Assembly: GCA_016699975.1 (NCBI GenBank) | Contig: CP064994.1 | Coordinates: 65,222-129,221, forward strand | Direction of reading: 5' to 3' | DNA from: Candidatus Moraniibacteriota bacterium | GTDB lineage: Bacteria; Patescibacteriota; Minisyncoccia; Moranbacterales; UBA1568 | Length of the DNA stretch: 64,000 nucleotides | In this document: piece by piece, positions 17,005 to 27,394 of the stretch | How positions within the stretch are numbered: the first letter of the stretch is position 1 | How the letters are laid out: every line of letters starts with the position of its first letter | The notes under the pieces: generated by a model | What the model was told of the DNA's origin: nothing | Database searches by the model: none | Seen by the model: only the letters and a program-made list of their open reading frames with translations | Translations under genes and position numbers: made by a program

Positions 17005-18819
17005 GCGAAAATTCCATTTTCGCTCTCCACATTCGCATGAACTTTCGATGGCATCCCTTTTGTAAGAGCCTTCTACTCATTCATACTTCCCGGCAAGTCA
17101 GTCCGGGCTTCTTTTTTTCCTCGTCCATTTGGGGACGGGTCCGGACTCCTCGCCGGCACAGGCGGCCTTTCTCCAGGCGCGCCACTCAAACAGGATGTCT
17201 CTTCGCTCTGGAGACACACTTGCTTGAGTGACGTACCTATTTCTTTCTCTCCTTTGTAATCGGAACTGCTCCGATCTTCGGACAGCGAAGAAACCTCCGC
17301 ACTGTCCGAAGACCAAAACATACTTCCCAAACAAAGAAATTGAGAAATATTCAAAGAACAGGGACCAGACCTTCTGTGGAAACTCTTTTGCTTTCACAAA
17401 AGAACCTCCATTGAAGGGGCAAGAGAGATTCCATCTCTTCTTGCCCGTAACCTTTCGTGCTCGTCCATGAGCACATATTTTGGCTTTGCGATCGGATCGC
17501 TTCCGAGGGCATCACCCCCCACCCCTCAAAGCCCGAGGTTCTCCGGTTTCTCGTTAACCGGCATCGCCACTCCTCGACCGCCCGATGTCCGGCGGCCTCA
17601 AATGGAGTTTCCCCACCTAACCTAGTTGATGACTCGGTACTCGATGAAGAGAAAAGTCGCTTTCGCGATTTCCTCTTCCGAGTACTCGTGGCGATCAGTG
17701 AGACGTGGAAGACCACGTACTCCCATGACCACCACCGAGTCACCGACCTTGACCACTACGCGCGGCGGCGCTTCGCGTCGATCGTTGGCTTGTGGCTTGG
17801 GTTCAAGCAGGATTCAACACCCTGCGAAACCACAGCCTTGGCCTCATCGACGCTCAGCAGTCGACGTTCGATGGTTTTTGCACCATCGAACATCGAGTCG
17901 GCGAGGGCAAAACCAAAGAAAATTTTTTTCATGGTTTTCTGCCTCTCACTCGTTCCAGAAAGCAACGTGCGCACTTCACCATGATCCGATCATGACTTAT
18001 AGCGCTTCCTCGAAACCTCCGAGGGTTACCCTCCAAAACAAGTGCAAACCGGAGCCCTCACAACGCGCGAGCCTCATACGCGCTCGGTTTTCTGAAAAAC
18101 CGAGAAAATCCGCTATTAATATAATGAAAAGAACAAAAAAAGCACTCTCAAAGGAATGCTTTTTGCAAGATATCTTGAGCAGCTAAACATGACTAAAACC
18201 GCCCAAGAAAGATCTTGCAAGAAATCTTCCTGTGGTTTGTCATGTTTAAAAAATTTCAAGGAACGAAAGCTGATCATCAACCTCTCTTCGAATACGCTTC
18301 CAAATATCTTTTCGTTTCCGAAGACATTCCTCGTGACGAAAGCTGGTTAGACTTCATCGCGAGACGATGTCTTGAGAAAGACTCAAAGAATCGTTCGAAT
18401 CGTGGCGCATTCGGAACGGAGGTACTCGCATGCTATTTGAAACGCCGCGCTGGACGCTTTCGGGATTCTTTCGAAATCCCCTACATGCAAGGACGCTCAC
18501 ACCTCCTGGTGACGGCCCCGGAAACAGCCTGCCACTGAAGCGGCGCTTCTCTACGGAACCTCGCCCAATTCTCTCAGTGTTTTCCTTCGCTCGTCTTGTT
18601 CGTCCATCTTCCATTCGATCTCCCTCCTCGCGAGAAACGGATCGAACGAATACGAACAAGATCGGAAGCGAAATGGAACGCTTCCCGGAACGTTGCCAGA
18701 AAGAGATATGCAAGCGAGGTCGAAGAGAAACGCGCGATCGGGAAGGACAAAGAGAAAAATCATATCCTCCGATTCCCGGCATCCTCATCGTTTCACCTGC
18801 AAATCCCTGTTCAGCAGAA

Positions 18820-19075
18820 AAAGTGTCAATGTGCCTTTTCTTATTCTTCTTCTCTCTTGCGTCACATCCCGACTTCTGTTCCCCTTTTCTTTTTTCATCG
18901 TGACACGCCAGTATATATCAAGAATTTACTTTTGTCAATTCTTTGTGTCATTTATACCATTTTCTCTCATTTTTAAACTATTGAAGAGAATTTTTTTGGC
19001 TTTATATATACTTTTATGTGTCACGTAATTTTGACATTAGAAGAGATTTTTGCTAGCATAAAAGTGTCAAAATTT
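18820..19075 (+). promoter_or_regulatory. cluster of GTGTCA / TGTCAC-N8-TGACA palindromic motifs upstream of TrmB-family regulator
   Basis: At least seven GTGTCA/TGACAC copies, including the palindrome TGTCACGTAATTTTGACA at 19019-19036. Candidate operator for autoregulation. Confidence 0.35.
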
Positions 19076-19089
19076 AAAGAATACTCCCT

Positions 19090-19905
19090 ATGTATGCCTC
19101 TTCTCTCGAGCACATCGGGCTCCGGCCCGAGCAGGCTCTCATCTACGAATCGCTCATGAAATCGGGTCCGTCTTCGGCAGGAGAAGTGCACAAAGCCGTC
19201 CCCCTCAAGCGCGGACTCGTCTACAAGGTGCTCGACGAGCTGGTGCTTCTTGGTCTCGTAGAGAAAAAGAGGGTGGAAACAGAAAAAACCATTCGATTCG
19301 AGGTGTGTCATCCGCTCAAGCTCAAAGCGTTTTCGGAGCGGCGCGAAACAGAAGCAAAAAACGCCACCCTCGCGCTCGAAGGCGTTCTCCCCTCTCTTAT
19401 CTCCGACTATAATCTGGTTTTGGGACAGCCCGGCGTACTAGTGTTCGAAGGACTAAGCGGCGTAAAAAAAGTGCTCGAAGACAACCTTGATCACAATCCG
19501 GAGAAAAAAATTTTTACCTTTTCTGACCTGGACGGATATACAAAATACCTCACCGACTGGAACAAGTGTCACTATGCCCCCAAGCGAAAGCGTCTTGGTA
19601 TTTATGAAAAGGCGCTTGTCTCGAATACCGAACAAGCGAGAGAATTCCTCAAAAACTATGAAGCGAACGAATTTACGGAAATACTTCTTATCGATTACGC
19701 GCGCTACCCCATGAAAACAGAGGTGAATATCTATAGCGGAAAAGTATCATTCGTTACTTTTTCGGAAAATTCCCTCATCGGCGTCATTATCGATAACCGA
19801 GAAATTCATGACACCCTTCTTACAATTTGGAAACTTGCCTGGGACTTGGGGCGAAAATCATTTGCTGAACTCCAACCCTCATGGACCCAGCGATTCGGAG
19901 CCTGA
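19090..19905 (+). CDS. TrmB-family (winged-helix) transcriptional regulator
   Basis: N-terminal HTH LGLRPEQALIYESLMKSGPSSAGEVHKAVPLKRGLVYKVLDELVLLGLVEKK is typical of TrmB, and the C-terminal domain is TrmB-like. Confidence 0.7.
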   Translation: MYASSLEHIGLRPEQALIYESLMKSGPSSAGEVHKAVPLKRGLVYKVLDELVLLGLVEKKRVETEKTIRFEVCHPLKLKAFSERRETEAKNATLALEGVLPSLISDYNLVLGQPGVLVFEGLSGVKKVLEDNLDHNPEKKIFTFSDLDGYTKYLTDWNKCHYAPKRKRLGIYEKALVSNTEQAREFLKNYEANEFTEILLIDYARYPMKTEVNIYSGKVSFVTFSENSLIGVIIDNREIHDTLLTIWKLAWDLGRKSFAELQPSWTQRFGA

Positions 19906-20031
19906 GATGCCCCTCGAAGACTCTTCAGAATCCAATGATCAATCTTTCTTACTCTTTTATTTTTTTTCGAGAAATTTTCATCACCCTGCTACAAATATCT
20001 ATCCTGAGGCGGAGCAAAAAACTGAAACCAC

Positions 20032-22296
20032 TTATGTCGTCTCGCCAACCGAGGGCTTCACGATATGTTTTTGTACGAAACGAAGAAGATCTCCAAGCGT
20101 TTCTGAACGGCGCAGCTCATCGAGAAGTTCCCTGCGCGTCTCTCGCATATTCTCTGAGGAACTCTCTGGCATATCGCTCAAGACTCGAAAGAAATGTATG
20201 AGAAGCGGCAGAACCACAGACTTCGCATATTCTTGTTGCTCTTTGGCAGGGAGCGTCAGTACTTTTCCTGAAATGAATCCTTCCGACGAAGCAATCACCT
20301 GATCTTCGAGCATTTCCATTCCCGCAGCAGGAAAATATGTGCTATAGGGTTCTCGAAAAGAGAGCTTTGTTTGTTCTTCGCCCGCCTTTCCCGAACGCCA
20401 TCCGAAACTTCGTGAATCCGTGGGTGCTACGAGAAACGAGAAGGCCAGTTTTCTCTTTTCAGATTTCGTGAGTATTCCCTGGAGAATCGGCCTCCGAACA
20501 GATAAAAGTGCCTGAGCGGCAGAAGATTTGTAGACTTGTCCACAGACGCTCCGACGGAGCGCCGGGTCGTTATTGAGCCTGTCCTGAATCGCTTCAAGAA
20601 TATCTTTCAATAGTGGCAACAGTTTTTCGTGTTGGTGCACATCAAAAAAATCTACATCTGGCATTTTCTCATGAGCGACTTCTTCGAGATGCTCAAGGAG
20701 CGCCGCCAGAATATCATACCGCGCTTCGTTGGGATGACTCACCTTCATCCCACGTATCGTAAGAATCGCCGCGATTTCTTCGAGAGCGTACGGAAGAAAT
20801 TTTTTCCGCTCTTCTTTTGAAAGGGGCGACGATCGTTTTTCGGAAAGAAGGGGGTTCGAAACCAGTTGACCAAAAGCATGTGCCCAAACGGGGGTTTCCG
20901 AAAGCTCGAACAGAAGTTTCCGGTATCGTTCAAATTGTTCACGTTTTTCCCCCGAAAGAAACGCCTCTGACGAAACAAATTCAAGATTATCGAGATGAAA
21001 CGCCTTTTTCATTCGTTCGTATCGCTCGAGTTCGACACGTGAGACGGCGCGAGCAGCATCAAGCGACTCTTCCCGCGTCATACCGTGGAGTGCCTCATAG
21101 TTCCAGGCCTGCGTTTCTGCGAAAAGAGGAATCGTAATCGGTCGCCCCTCCGACTGCAACCAAAAAAGAAAATTATAGAGATCAATCGGTTTTTCGCTTT
21201 GGCCTTCCCCATCGAGAACTTTTTTCCACTTGAACCATTCTTTAGAAATACCGAACGGAAAATATATTGGTTTGTCCGTTTCTGGAATTTCTGATTTCCG
21301 ATGTCTTACTTCGTTTTCAAAGTCCGAGAGAAATCCCTTGGGGAGGGTCGCGGATTCTCTTCCATACAACAATTCTTCCGATTTGTAGCGAACATGTCGG
21401 AGAAGCGTCTTGGCCGTCTCAAGCTTCTTCATAATTTCGGTGAATCGGCTTGTATTTTCATCCTTCCCTCCAATTCCATGTTCGAGAAAAAATCGGAATT
21501 CATCAATGAGTGACGCCACTCCTTCTTCGTCATAAAATTTCCCGGGAATCCAGCTTTCCTCATCGAAGAGTTCTCCTTCCATAAATTCATTCTCTTTCAT
21601 CTCGACCTCATCCATATCATCCCACTTCCCAACTCGCTGCTTCTCTTCCTTTTCCAAGAGAAGCGTTTTATTTCTTCGCTCAATCATCCACCGGTTGAGT
21701 TCAATTCTTTTCCTGGTTATTTCATCAAAGAGGCTCTTGAGTCGATTCATCGTATTCTTCATTTCAAAGAGCAGCGATTTGCGCGCCCTGATATCCGTCT
21801 CTATTTCTTCAGTAATCTTCTCTGCATCAATCGGAAGTTCGGAATGCAGGCGATCTTTCACCTCAAGAAAAATCGCGTTCGACTTTGCCAGAAAAGCGCC
21901 CGGCAGCCGATCTTGAATCCCGAACTCAAATGGAAAAATCTCCCGGAAAATTTCTGAGAACTCTTGTGTCCAACCCATTGAGGCGTCTGCAAACTCAACA
22001 TATTTAGCAAAGACGGAATCGGCTGCTCCTTGCGAGAGTCGCTCACCGATCTCAAGAATAACGTCTCCCATTTTTTCACCACCCTCCTCAAGAGAAAGGA
22101 AAGACTGAAGACGATCGTGAGCATTGCCATGTGCCAGAAAATCCCGTACACGGTCCGCTTCCGCTTCACTTTTTTCGAACAAAAAATTGAGAAATTGCAC
22201 CTGGGTTCCCACAGAAAAATCCTCGAGCGCTATTCCAAAATGATCCTCGATTTTTTTGCGGAATAGTGGCTCAAGCAGAGTTGAATAGAGGGTCAC
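20032..22296 (-). CDS. large hypothetical protein (754 aa)
   Basis: Long ORF with a 26-nt overlap onto the upstream 325-aa ORF, forming an operon. No recognisable domain. Confidence 0.55.
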   Translation of the reverse strand: MTLYSTLLEPLFRKKIEDHFGIALEDFSVGTQVQFLNFLFEKSEAEADRVRDFLAHGNAHDRLQSFLSLEEGGEKMGDVILEIGERLSQGAADSVFAKYVEFADASMGWTQEFSEIFREIFPFEFGIQDRLPGAFLAKSNAIFLEVKDRLHSELPIDAEKITEEIETDIRARKSLLFEMKNTMNRLKSLFDEITRKRIELNRWMIERRNKTLLLEKEEKQRVGKWDDMDEVEMKENEFMEGELFDEESWIPGKFYDEEGVASLIDEFRFFLEHGIGGKDENTSRFTEIMKKLETAKTLLRHVRYKSEELLYGRESATLPKGFLSDFENEVRHRKSEIPETDKPIYFPFGISKEWFKWKKVLDGEGQSEKPIDLYNFLFWLQSEGRPITIPLFAETQAWNYEALHGMTREESLDAARAVSRVELERYERMKKAFHLDNLEFVSSEAFLSGEKREQFERYRKLLFELSETPVWAHAFGQLVSNPLLSEKRSSPLSKEERKKFLPYALEEIAAILTIRGMKVSHPNEARYDILAALLEHLEEVAHEKMPDVDFFDVHQHEKLLPLLKDILEAIQDRLNNDPALRRSVCGQVYKSSAAQALLSVRRPILQGILTKSEKRKLAFSFLVAPTDSRSFGWRSGKAGEEQTKLSFREPYSTYFPAAGMEMLEDQVIASSEGFISGKVLTLPAKEQQEYAKSVVLPLLIHFFRVLSDMPESSSENMRETRRELLDELRRSETLGDLLRFVQKHIVKPSVGETT

Positions 22297-23248
22297 ACGA
22301 AGCGACGCTTCTGAGTCTTCTTTGTTTTTTTGAGAAAAGCCCTCGCTTTGAAGCTATCTCTTCGACCGACACCTTCTTCACCGGTTTTCTTTTTCCGGAA
22401 AGCGAAGCAGCGTCATCGGGAGTGAGCTCGAAGAAGAAGTCAACGCGGAATTCCGGCGTATACAAAACGGCAAAACGGTCACTCACTCGGCTTACCGTTC
22501 CCCAGAGTTTATGCGGATCTTCGCGTATCAAACCTTTTTCTCGATCCTCTTCCAGCACAGGAAGATCATACTCTTGAGAAATTTTTGGCTCATGAAATCG
22601 TTCGAATGCTTCTGATCGCTCTTCGTGCTTAAAAAAATCAAAACTTTCTTTCCGAAAAGCAGAAAAAAGTGTTTCTACATTTCCTGGTTCCTTGAGAATC
22701 GCCTCCGCACTCCACGAGAGATCTCCTCCCACATTGGCATATTCCTCCGGAAGGACGAACACTTCCACATAGTCCCAGTTCTTTTCCAAAAAAGATCGCT
22801 TTTCCTCAAGACTCCAATGATCCAATTGGTCATGCCGAAGCGCCCCTTCTATCCAAAATCGAACCAATGCGCTTTTTGTTTGGGATCCAATTTCTTCGAG
22901 CGCCTGTTTCCCTTCCTCCAAGAAATTAAGCGCCATTTCTTCATACGAGAAATCTCGAATATCAGAAATAATTTCTGCGGCCTTCAGCGCGACAAGCGAA
23001 TCTTTCTTGTGATCTCGCCAGACGCGAAGAACTTCTTGAAATTCTTCTTCGGAAAAATCGTAGAGGAAATCCCGCGTCGAAAGATCCTTCAAAATTTGAA
23101 GTGCTTCTTCGCGAGACTCTTCTCTTCGCGGATTTTCTTGCGCGACGGGCTCTTTCTTTTCTTCTCTGGGAGAGGATTCCCGAGTCGAACCTTCCAAAGC
23201 CGTCGCGCTCTCTTTTTCAAAAGAAAATCTGGGACTCATACCACCCAT
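22271..23248 (-). CDS. hypothetical protein (325 aa), acidic
   Basis: Long ORF with a Glu-rich N-terminus. No recognisable domain. Confidence 0.5.
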   Translation of the reverse strand: MGGMSPRFSFEKESATALEGSTRESSPREEKKEPVAQENPRREESREEALQILKDLSTRDFLYDFSEEEFQEVLRVWRDHKKDSLVALKAAEIISDIRDFSYEEMALNFLEEGKQALEEIGSQTKSALVRFWIEGALRHDQLDHWSLEEKRSFLEKNWDYVEVFVLPEEYANVGGDLSWSAEAILKEPGNVETLFSAFRKESFDFFKHEERSEAFERFHEPKISQEYDLPVLEEDREKGLIREDPHKLWGTVSRVSDRFAVLYTPEFRVDFFFELTPDDAASLSGKRKPVKKVSVEEIASKRGLFSKKQRRLRSVASCDPLFNSA

Positions 23249-23353
23249 TGTACCATCCTCACTTCTTTCTCGAGAAAATATTTTTTTCTTTACTCAAATC
23301 TGCTGCGTGTGAAGGAGTCTATTCAAGAGCACTCTGAATCGAGCTCTACATTT

Positions 23354-23692
23354 TCACCCTGCATACTCGTGAGAGACTTTTATTTCGAGAACGGCAGAGC
23401 CAGCAGAATCGGTGAGTCGCTCCAAAAGTTCGGGAGCGAAAAGACGCATTTCCTCGGCCCAGAGACTCGACTTCGCCTTCAGGAAGAGTTTGCCGTCACG
23501 AAAAAACGAGGGCCGAACCATGGCCGCCCCACGCTTCCCGTACTCTTCCTCGAGCACTTTGGAAACGAGAAAAAAAATCGTTTTCTCATCGATTTTTTTG
23601 GTGGTGCGACTTCGGAGCGCGGTATCAATCGGAACTCCTTCCGCGCGCTTCGTCACGTATTTCGAACTCAAAAATTTCCCCAGTGATTTCAT
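23354..23692 (-). CDS. DUF721 (DciA-like) protein
   Basis: The pattern LWAEEMRLFAPELLERLTDSAGSAVLEIKV fits the DUF721 signature, and the gene sits immediately downstream of dnaN. Confidence 0.6.
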   Translation of the reverse strand: MKSLGKFLSSKYVTKRAEGVPIDTALRSRTTKKIDEKTIFFLVSKVLEEEYGKRGAAMVRPSFFRDGKLFLKAKSSLWAEEMRLFAPELLERLTDSAGSAVLEIKVSHEYAG

Positions 23693-23706
23693 ACACCTTC
23701 CTCACT

Positions 23707-24859
23707 TCACTTTTGAATCGGCATCATAATGTAGGTAAAGCCGGCCCGAAGAGGCGTATTGTCGGCATTTTTGAGAGCAACCGGTGTGCCAGAGGTATTC
23801 GCGAGAAATACGACCGTGTCGCTCTCGATGAACGACACGCCATCGAGCACCGCTTTGGGAGAGAAGACGGTGCGAAGTTGACCAGCACCGGATCGGGAAA
23901 GAGCGCGCACCTCGGCGCGTTGCTCCCCAACACCACTTCCCACCGCCTCAACGAGAACGAAATCTTCGCCCGAATCGGATCCGAGTTCGATAGCAACTTC
24001 GCCAGAAGAAAAAACGCTTGCAATGCGGAGCGCCCGTTGAAATTCGTCCCGATTGAGCTCCGCAGAAAATGAGAATTCCAGAGGCATAATCTGCCGATAA
24101 TCCGGAAACTTCCCAAGAATAAGGCGGAGAGTACCTCAACGCCATCGAGTTCGAAAAAATCTGATTCTCTTCGAGCGTCATGCGAATCATTTTCTGTTGA
24201 ACACCAATCGCTCGCGATACTTCAAGGAGGGTAGTCGAAGGGAGAATGAGTGAGCCTCCCGCGGAAAACGCTTCAAGAACTTCTGCTTCGAGGGGCGCCG
24301 AAAACGGAAGAATTTCTTCACTCAAACGAAAGCTATCAGTTGCCGCCAGACGAACCCGCTCTTTTTCAAAGAGAAAGTTGACTCCGGTGAGCTCGAGCCG
24401 CGTTTCTTGTGTCGCGACACAAGGCAAGAGCCTCGAAAGAGCGCGCTTCAGCGCTTCCGCCGGAAGTTCGGTCGCAACACCTGCCTTCTTTTGTGGCATG
24501 ATGGGAAACTCGCTCGCGGGAAGCCCCTTTATTTTCACCCGATATCCCGCGCACGAGACCGAAAGCGCCTGATCCTTTTCTTCGAGCGTCACGACTTCCG
24601 TCTCCGGCAAATTTACGACGAACTGCGAGAGAATTTTTGCTGGCACCGTAAGACTTCCTTCCCGCTCCACCTTGGCACCGACGCGAGCTACAACACCGAT
24701 CTCCAAATTCGTCGCCGAAAGTTTGAGTCGACCAGATTCCGTCTCGAGGAGAAAATTGCCGAGAATCGGGAGAGAGCTCTGTCGCCCCGTTACGCGCTCC
24801 GCATATCCGATCGCGCGTTTCAAATTTTCTTGCGTACAAACGAGTTTCATAGGGATCAT
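23707..24859 (-). CDS. dnaN: DNA polymerase III beta sliding clamp (frame broken by 1-nt indel near 24120-24130)
   Basis: The first ~240 aa (SLPILGNFLLE, VNFLFEKERVRLAATDSFRL) match DnaN domains I-II. Domain III (GKFPDYRQIMP...GFTYIMMPIQK) continues in another frame. Removing one C/G in the ctccgcc run restores the frame. Confidence 0.85.
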
Positions 24860-25032
24860 GGTTACGAAGTTACACAGGGTCTCTATTTTCCGAAAATCAG
24901 AGAATATTTACGAGTAGGAAACTTTCTCGATGCTCCGACAAAGTTCGCGTTTTATTTTTTCTATAGAGAGCTATCCTCGTCACAGAAGCTCTCTCTCGCT
25001 TCGAAGAAGGAAGCCGAGGAACGCTGCTTTGC

Positions 25033-26561
25033 TTACGTTCGGTAGAGTCGCTCCCTGAGACTCACAATGTCTTCTTTCAATCGACCGTCTTTCTCAATAT
25101 CCTTTCGGACGCGCTCGATCGCATGGAGTACGGTTGTGTGATCACGTCCACCGAAATACTGTCCGATCGCCGAAAGAGACACCGAGAGTTCCTGTCGCGC
25201 AATGTACATTGCCACCTGACGCGCAAAAGCGATATGCTTCTTTCGTCCCTTTTTTTGGAGTTCTTCTTCCGGCACATTATAGAATTCAGCGGAGGCCTTT
25301 GCGATACTTTCGAGGGTCACCGTTTGTTTGTTGACCGTGATAAGATTACCGAGAATCTTTTCGATATAGGGAACAGTCGGATGCACTTTCTGAAATTCAG
25401 CGGACGCGAGTACACGGTTGAGCGCACCTTCGAGCTCACGCGCATTGTTGGTAATGTTTTCTGCGATAAAACGAACGCATTCGTCATCGAGGACATTTCC
25501 TTTTTCCGTAAGCTTGAGGCGAAGAATCGCCATGCGCGTTTCAAGATTCGGGCGGCTCACATCCGCAATCATCCCACCTTCAAAACGACTTTTGAGACGA
25601 TCTTCCAAGGTCGGGATCGCTTTCGGGGTACGGTCGCTCGTAATCACCACCTGCTTGTTTGCAAGGTGAAGTGTATTAAAGACATGAAAAATTCTTGTTG
25701 CGTTTTCTCACGCCCGGAGAGAAACTGCACGTCGTCGATGAGGAGCACGTCAATTTCGCGGTATTCGTTCTTGAAGGTTTCCATCGACTGATTCTTCAGG
25801 CTGTTGATAAGTTCGTTGGTAAACTCTTCCGATGTGGTGTATCGAACTCTCTTTTCCGGTGACCGCTTCAGAACCTCGTTCCCGATCGCCTGAATAAGAT
25901 GCGTTTTTCCTACCCCAACCACGCCGTAAATGAAAAGAGGGTTGTAAAGCGTTCCCGGACTCTGTGAAACCGCGAAACACGCAGCGCGAGCGAGCTCATT
26001 GTTCTCTCCCACGATAAAATTTTCAAATGTGTAGCGTGGATTTAAGTTCGATCGACGCTTTCTGGAAGATGCGCCCCCTTCCTCAAGAGCCGAGGTTCCG
26101 GAAGGCGCGAACATATGCGGAAGCCGGGGCGACACGACCTGAGACGGCGAAGAGGAAGAAATTCGAACCGGGAGAATGCCATTCGCACTCGCAAGAGAAG
26201 GGGCGACACTCGTCGGAAGAGAGGGCGCGGTAGGAGAGGAGACTGGTGTTACTTCGGGAGTTCTCCTTCCAATATCCATGGCTTTCGGAGTGGCGATTCC
26301 CTCAAGATTCGGCTGATAGAAACAGGAGATTTCTCGAATCGAAGGATCCTGGCGTTCAAGCGCCTGGAGAATAATGTGGTTATACCGATTTTCGAGCCAC
26401 TCTTTTGTAAAGGGGTTTCCCACTGCAATCCGAGCCACACCATCTTCGAGCGCTACGAGACGAGTACGTAAAAACCACGTCTCAAAATTCGCCTTCGAAA
26501 CCGAAAGCTCAAGTTCCCCCAATACAACCTTCCAAAGCTCATCGAGCGACATACAATACAA
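25033..26561 (-). CDS. dnaA: chromosomal replication initiator DnaA (frame broken by 1-nt deletion in T/A homopolymer near 25686-25690)
   Basis: The N-terminal domain is followed by the AAA+ region (GVVGVGKTHL, IDDVQFL). The frame then shifts, and the alternate frame reads [22 protein letters not shown] followed by the DnaA C-terminal DNA-binding domain (HTTVLHAIERV). Confidence 0.85.
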
Positions 26562-26689
26562 TAGAACTCATGCGGCGATTCAACCGTCCTCTTGACATTC
26601 TTCGGGGGCTTTTTCGTTTCGATTTTGTTTGAGAAAAATGAAGCCGTTTTTCTTATAGTACACAATGCGAGGGACGTTGTAAAAAGGCC

Positions 26690-26698
26690 TGTGGATAA
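26690..26698 (-). promoter_or_regulatory. consensus DnaA box (TTATCCACA, reverse orientation)
   Basis: The plus strand reads TGTGGATAA, an exact reverse complement of the 9-mer. A degenerate neighbour TGTGCACAA sits at 26701-26709. Confidence 0.5.
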
Positions 26699-26778
26699 GA
26701 TGTGCACAAATGAATATATGATTTCTTGTTGACGATTTTCAGTTCACTTGATACACTTCCAAATACTTTTTTCACTCT

Positions 26779-26916
26779 ATGAAACGAACGTATCAACCGA
26801 AAAAATTGCGTCGAAAACGCCGACACGGATTCCGAGAGCGGATGGAAACTCCCGGCGGACGCGCCGTCCTCACACGGCGTCGACAAAAAGGACGCAAACG
26901 TCTGACGGTCGCCTAG
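26779..26916 (+). CDS. rpmH: 50S ribosomal protein L34
   Basis: Translation [45 protein letters not shown] is the L34 signature. It is too short to appear in the ORF track. Confidence 0.85.
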   Translation: MKRTYQPKKLRRKRRHGFRERMETPGGRAVLTRRRQKGRKRLTVA

Positions 26917-26926
26917 AAAAGTCTTT

Positions 26927-27364
26927 ATGTTGCCGCGAAATCACCGTCTTGCTCGCGAATCATTAACCATCTTGTTTCGCGACGGAAGAAGAGTTTTCGG
27001 AGATCACTTTTCTCTTATTGTCATCAAATCCTCGCGAGAGACGTCCTCACAATGGGCATTTGTCACGAGTAAAAAGGTGTTTCGAAACGCCACAGACCGA
27101 AATCGCGGTAAGCGCCTGATGCGCGAATCCATTCGCGCGCTCCTCCCAAATATTGCACCCGGCACCAAGGCCATCATGCTCTTTTCCCGAAAGCCAGGAG
27201 AGCCCTTCAAATTTATGTCCGCCCAACATGAAATCGAAAGCCTCCTTCATAAGGCACATCTCCTCAACTCTTCCGCCCCTTCTCAAATGACTCACTCTTC
27301 TCTCAGCACTCCTCACGTATTAGAACGACGCGCCTCTTCTCCAAACAAACATAACGTCTTTTAG
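26927..27364 (+). CDS. rnpA: RNase P protein component
   Basis: Immediately follows rpmH. The sequence LPRNHRLARESLTILFRDGRRVFGDHFSLIV is RnpA-like. Confidence 0.8.
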   Translation: MLPRNHRLARESLTILFRDGRRVFGDHFSLIVIKSSRETSSQWAFVTSKKVFRNATDRNRGKRLMRESIRALLPNIAPGTKAIMLFSRKPGEPFKFMSAQHEIESLLHKAHLLNSSAPSQMTHSSLSTPHVLERRASSPNKHNVF

Positions 27365-27394
27365 CATCTCTTTCTTTATTTTTTATTCCATTTC

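Noticed and set aside
17620-17975. Possible frameshifted GroES-like or KOW-like small gene on the minus strand (MKKIFFGFALADSMFDGAKTIERRLL... / ...VKVGDSVVVMGVRGL)
   Set aside because: The similarity to GroES is only pattern-level. There is no groEL nearby, and the reading requires yet another frameshift. It is kept only as part of the ORF-poor-region finding.
22625-23686. 353-aa plus-strand ORF antisense to the 325-aa hypothetical gene
   Set aside because: Its Phe/Leu/Arg-rich low-complexity translation is typical of the antisense of a Glu/Lys-rich gene. It overlaps two better-supported minus-strand genes, including the DUF721 ORF.
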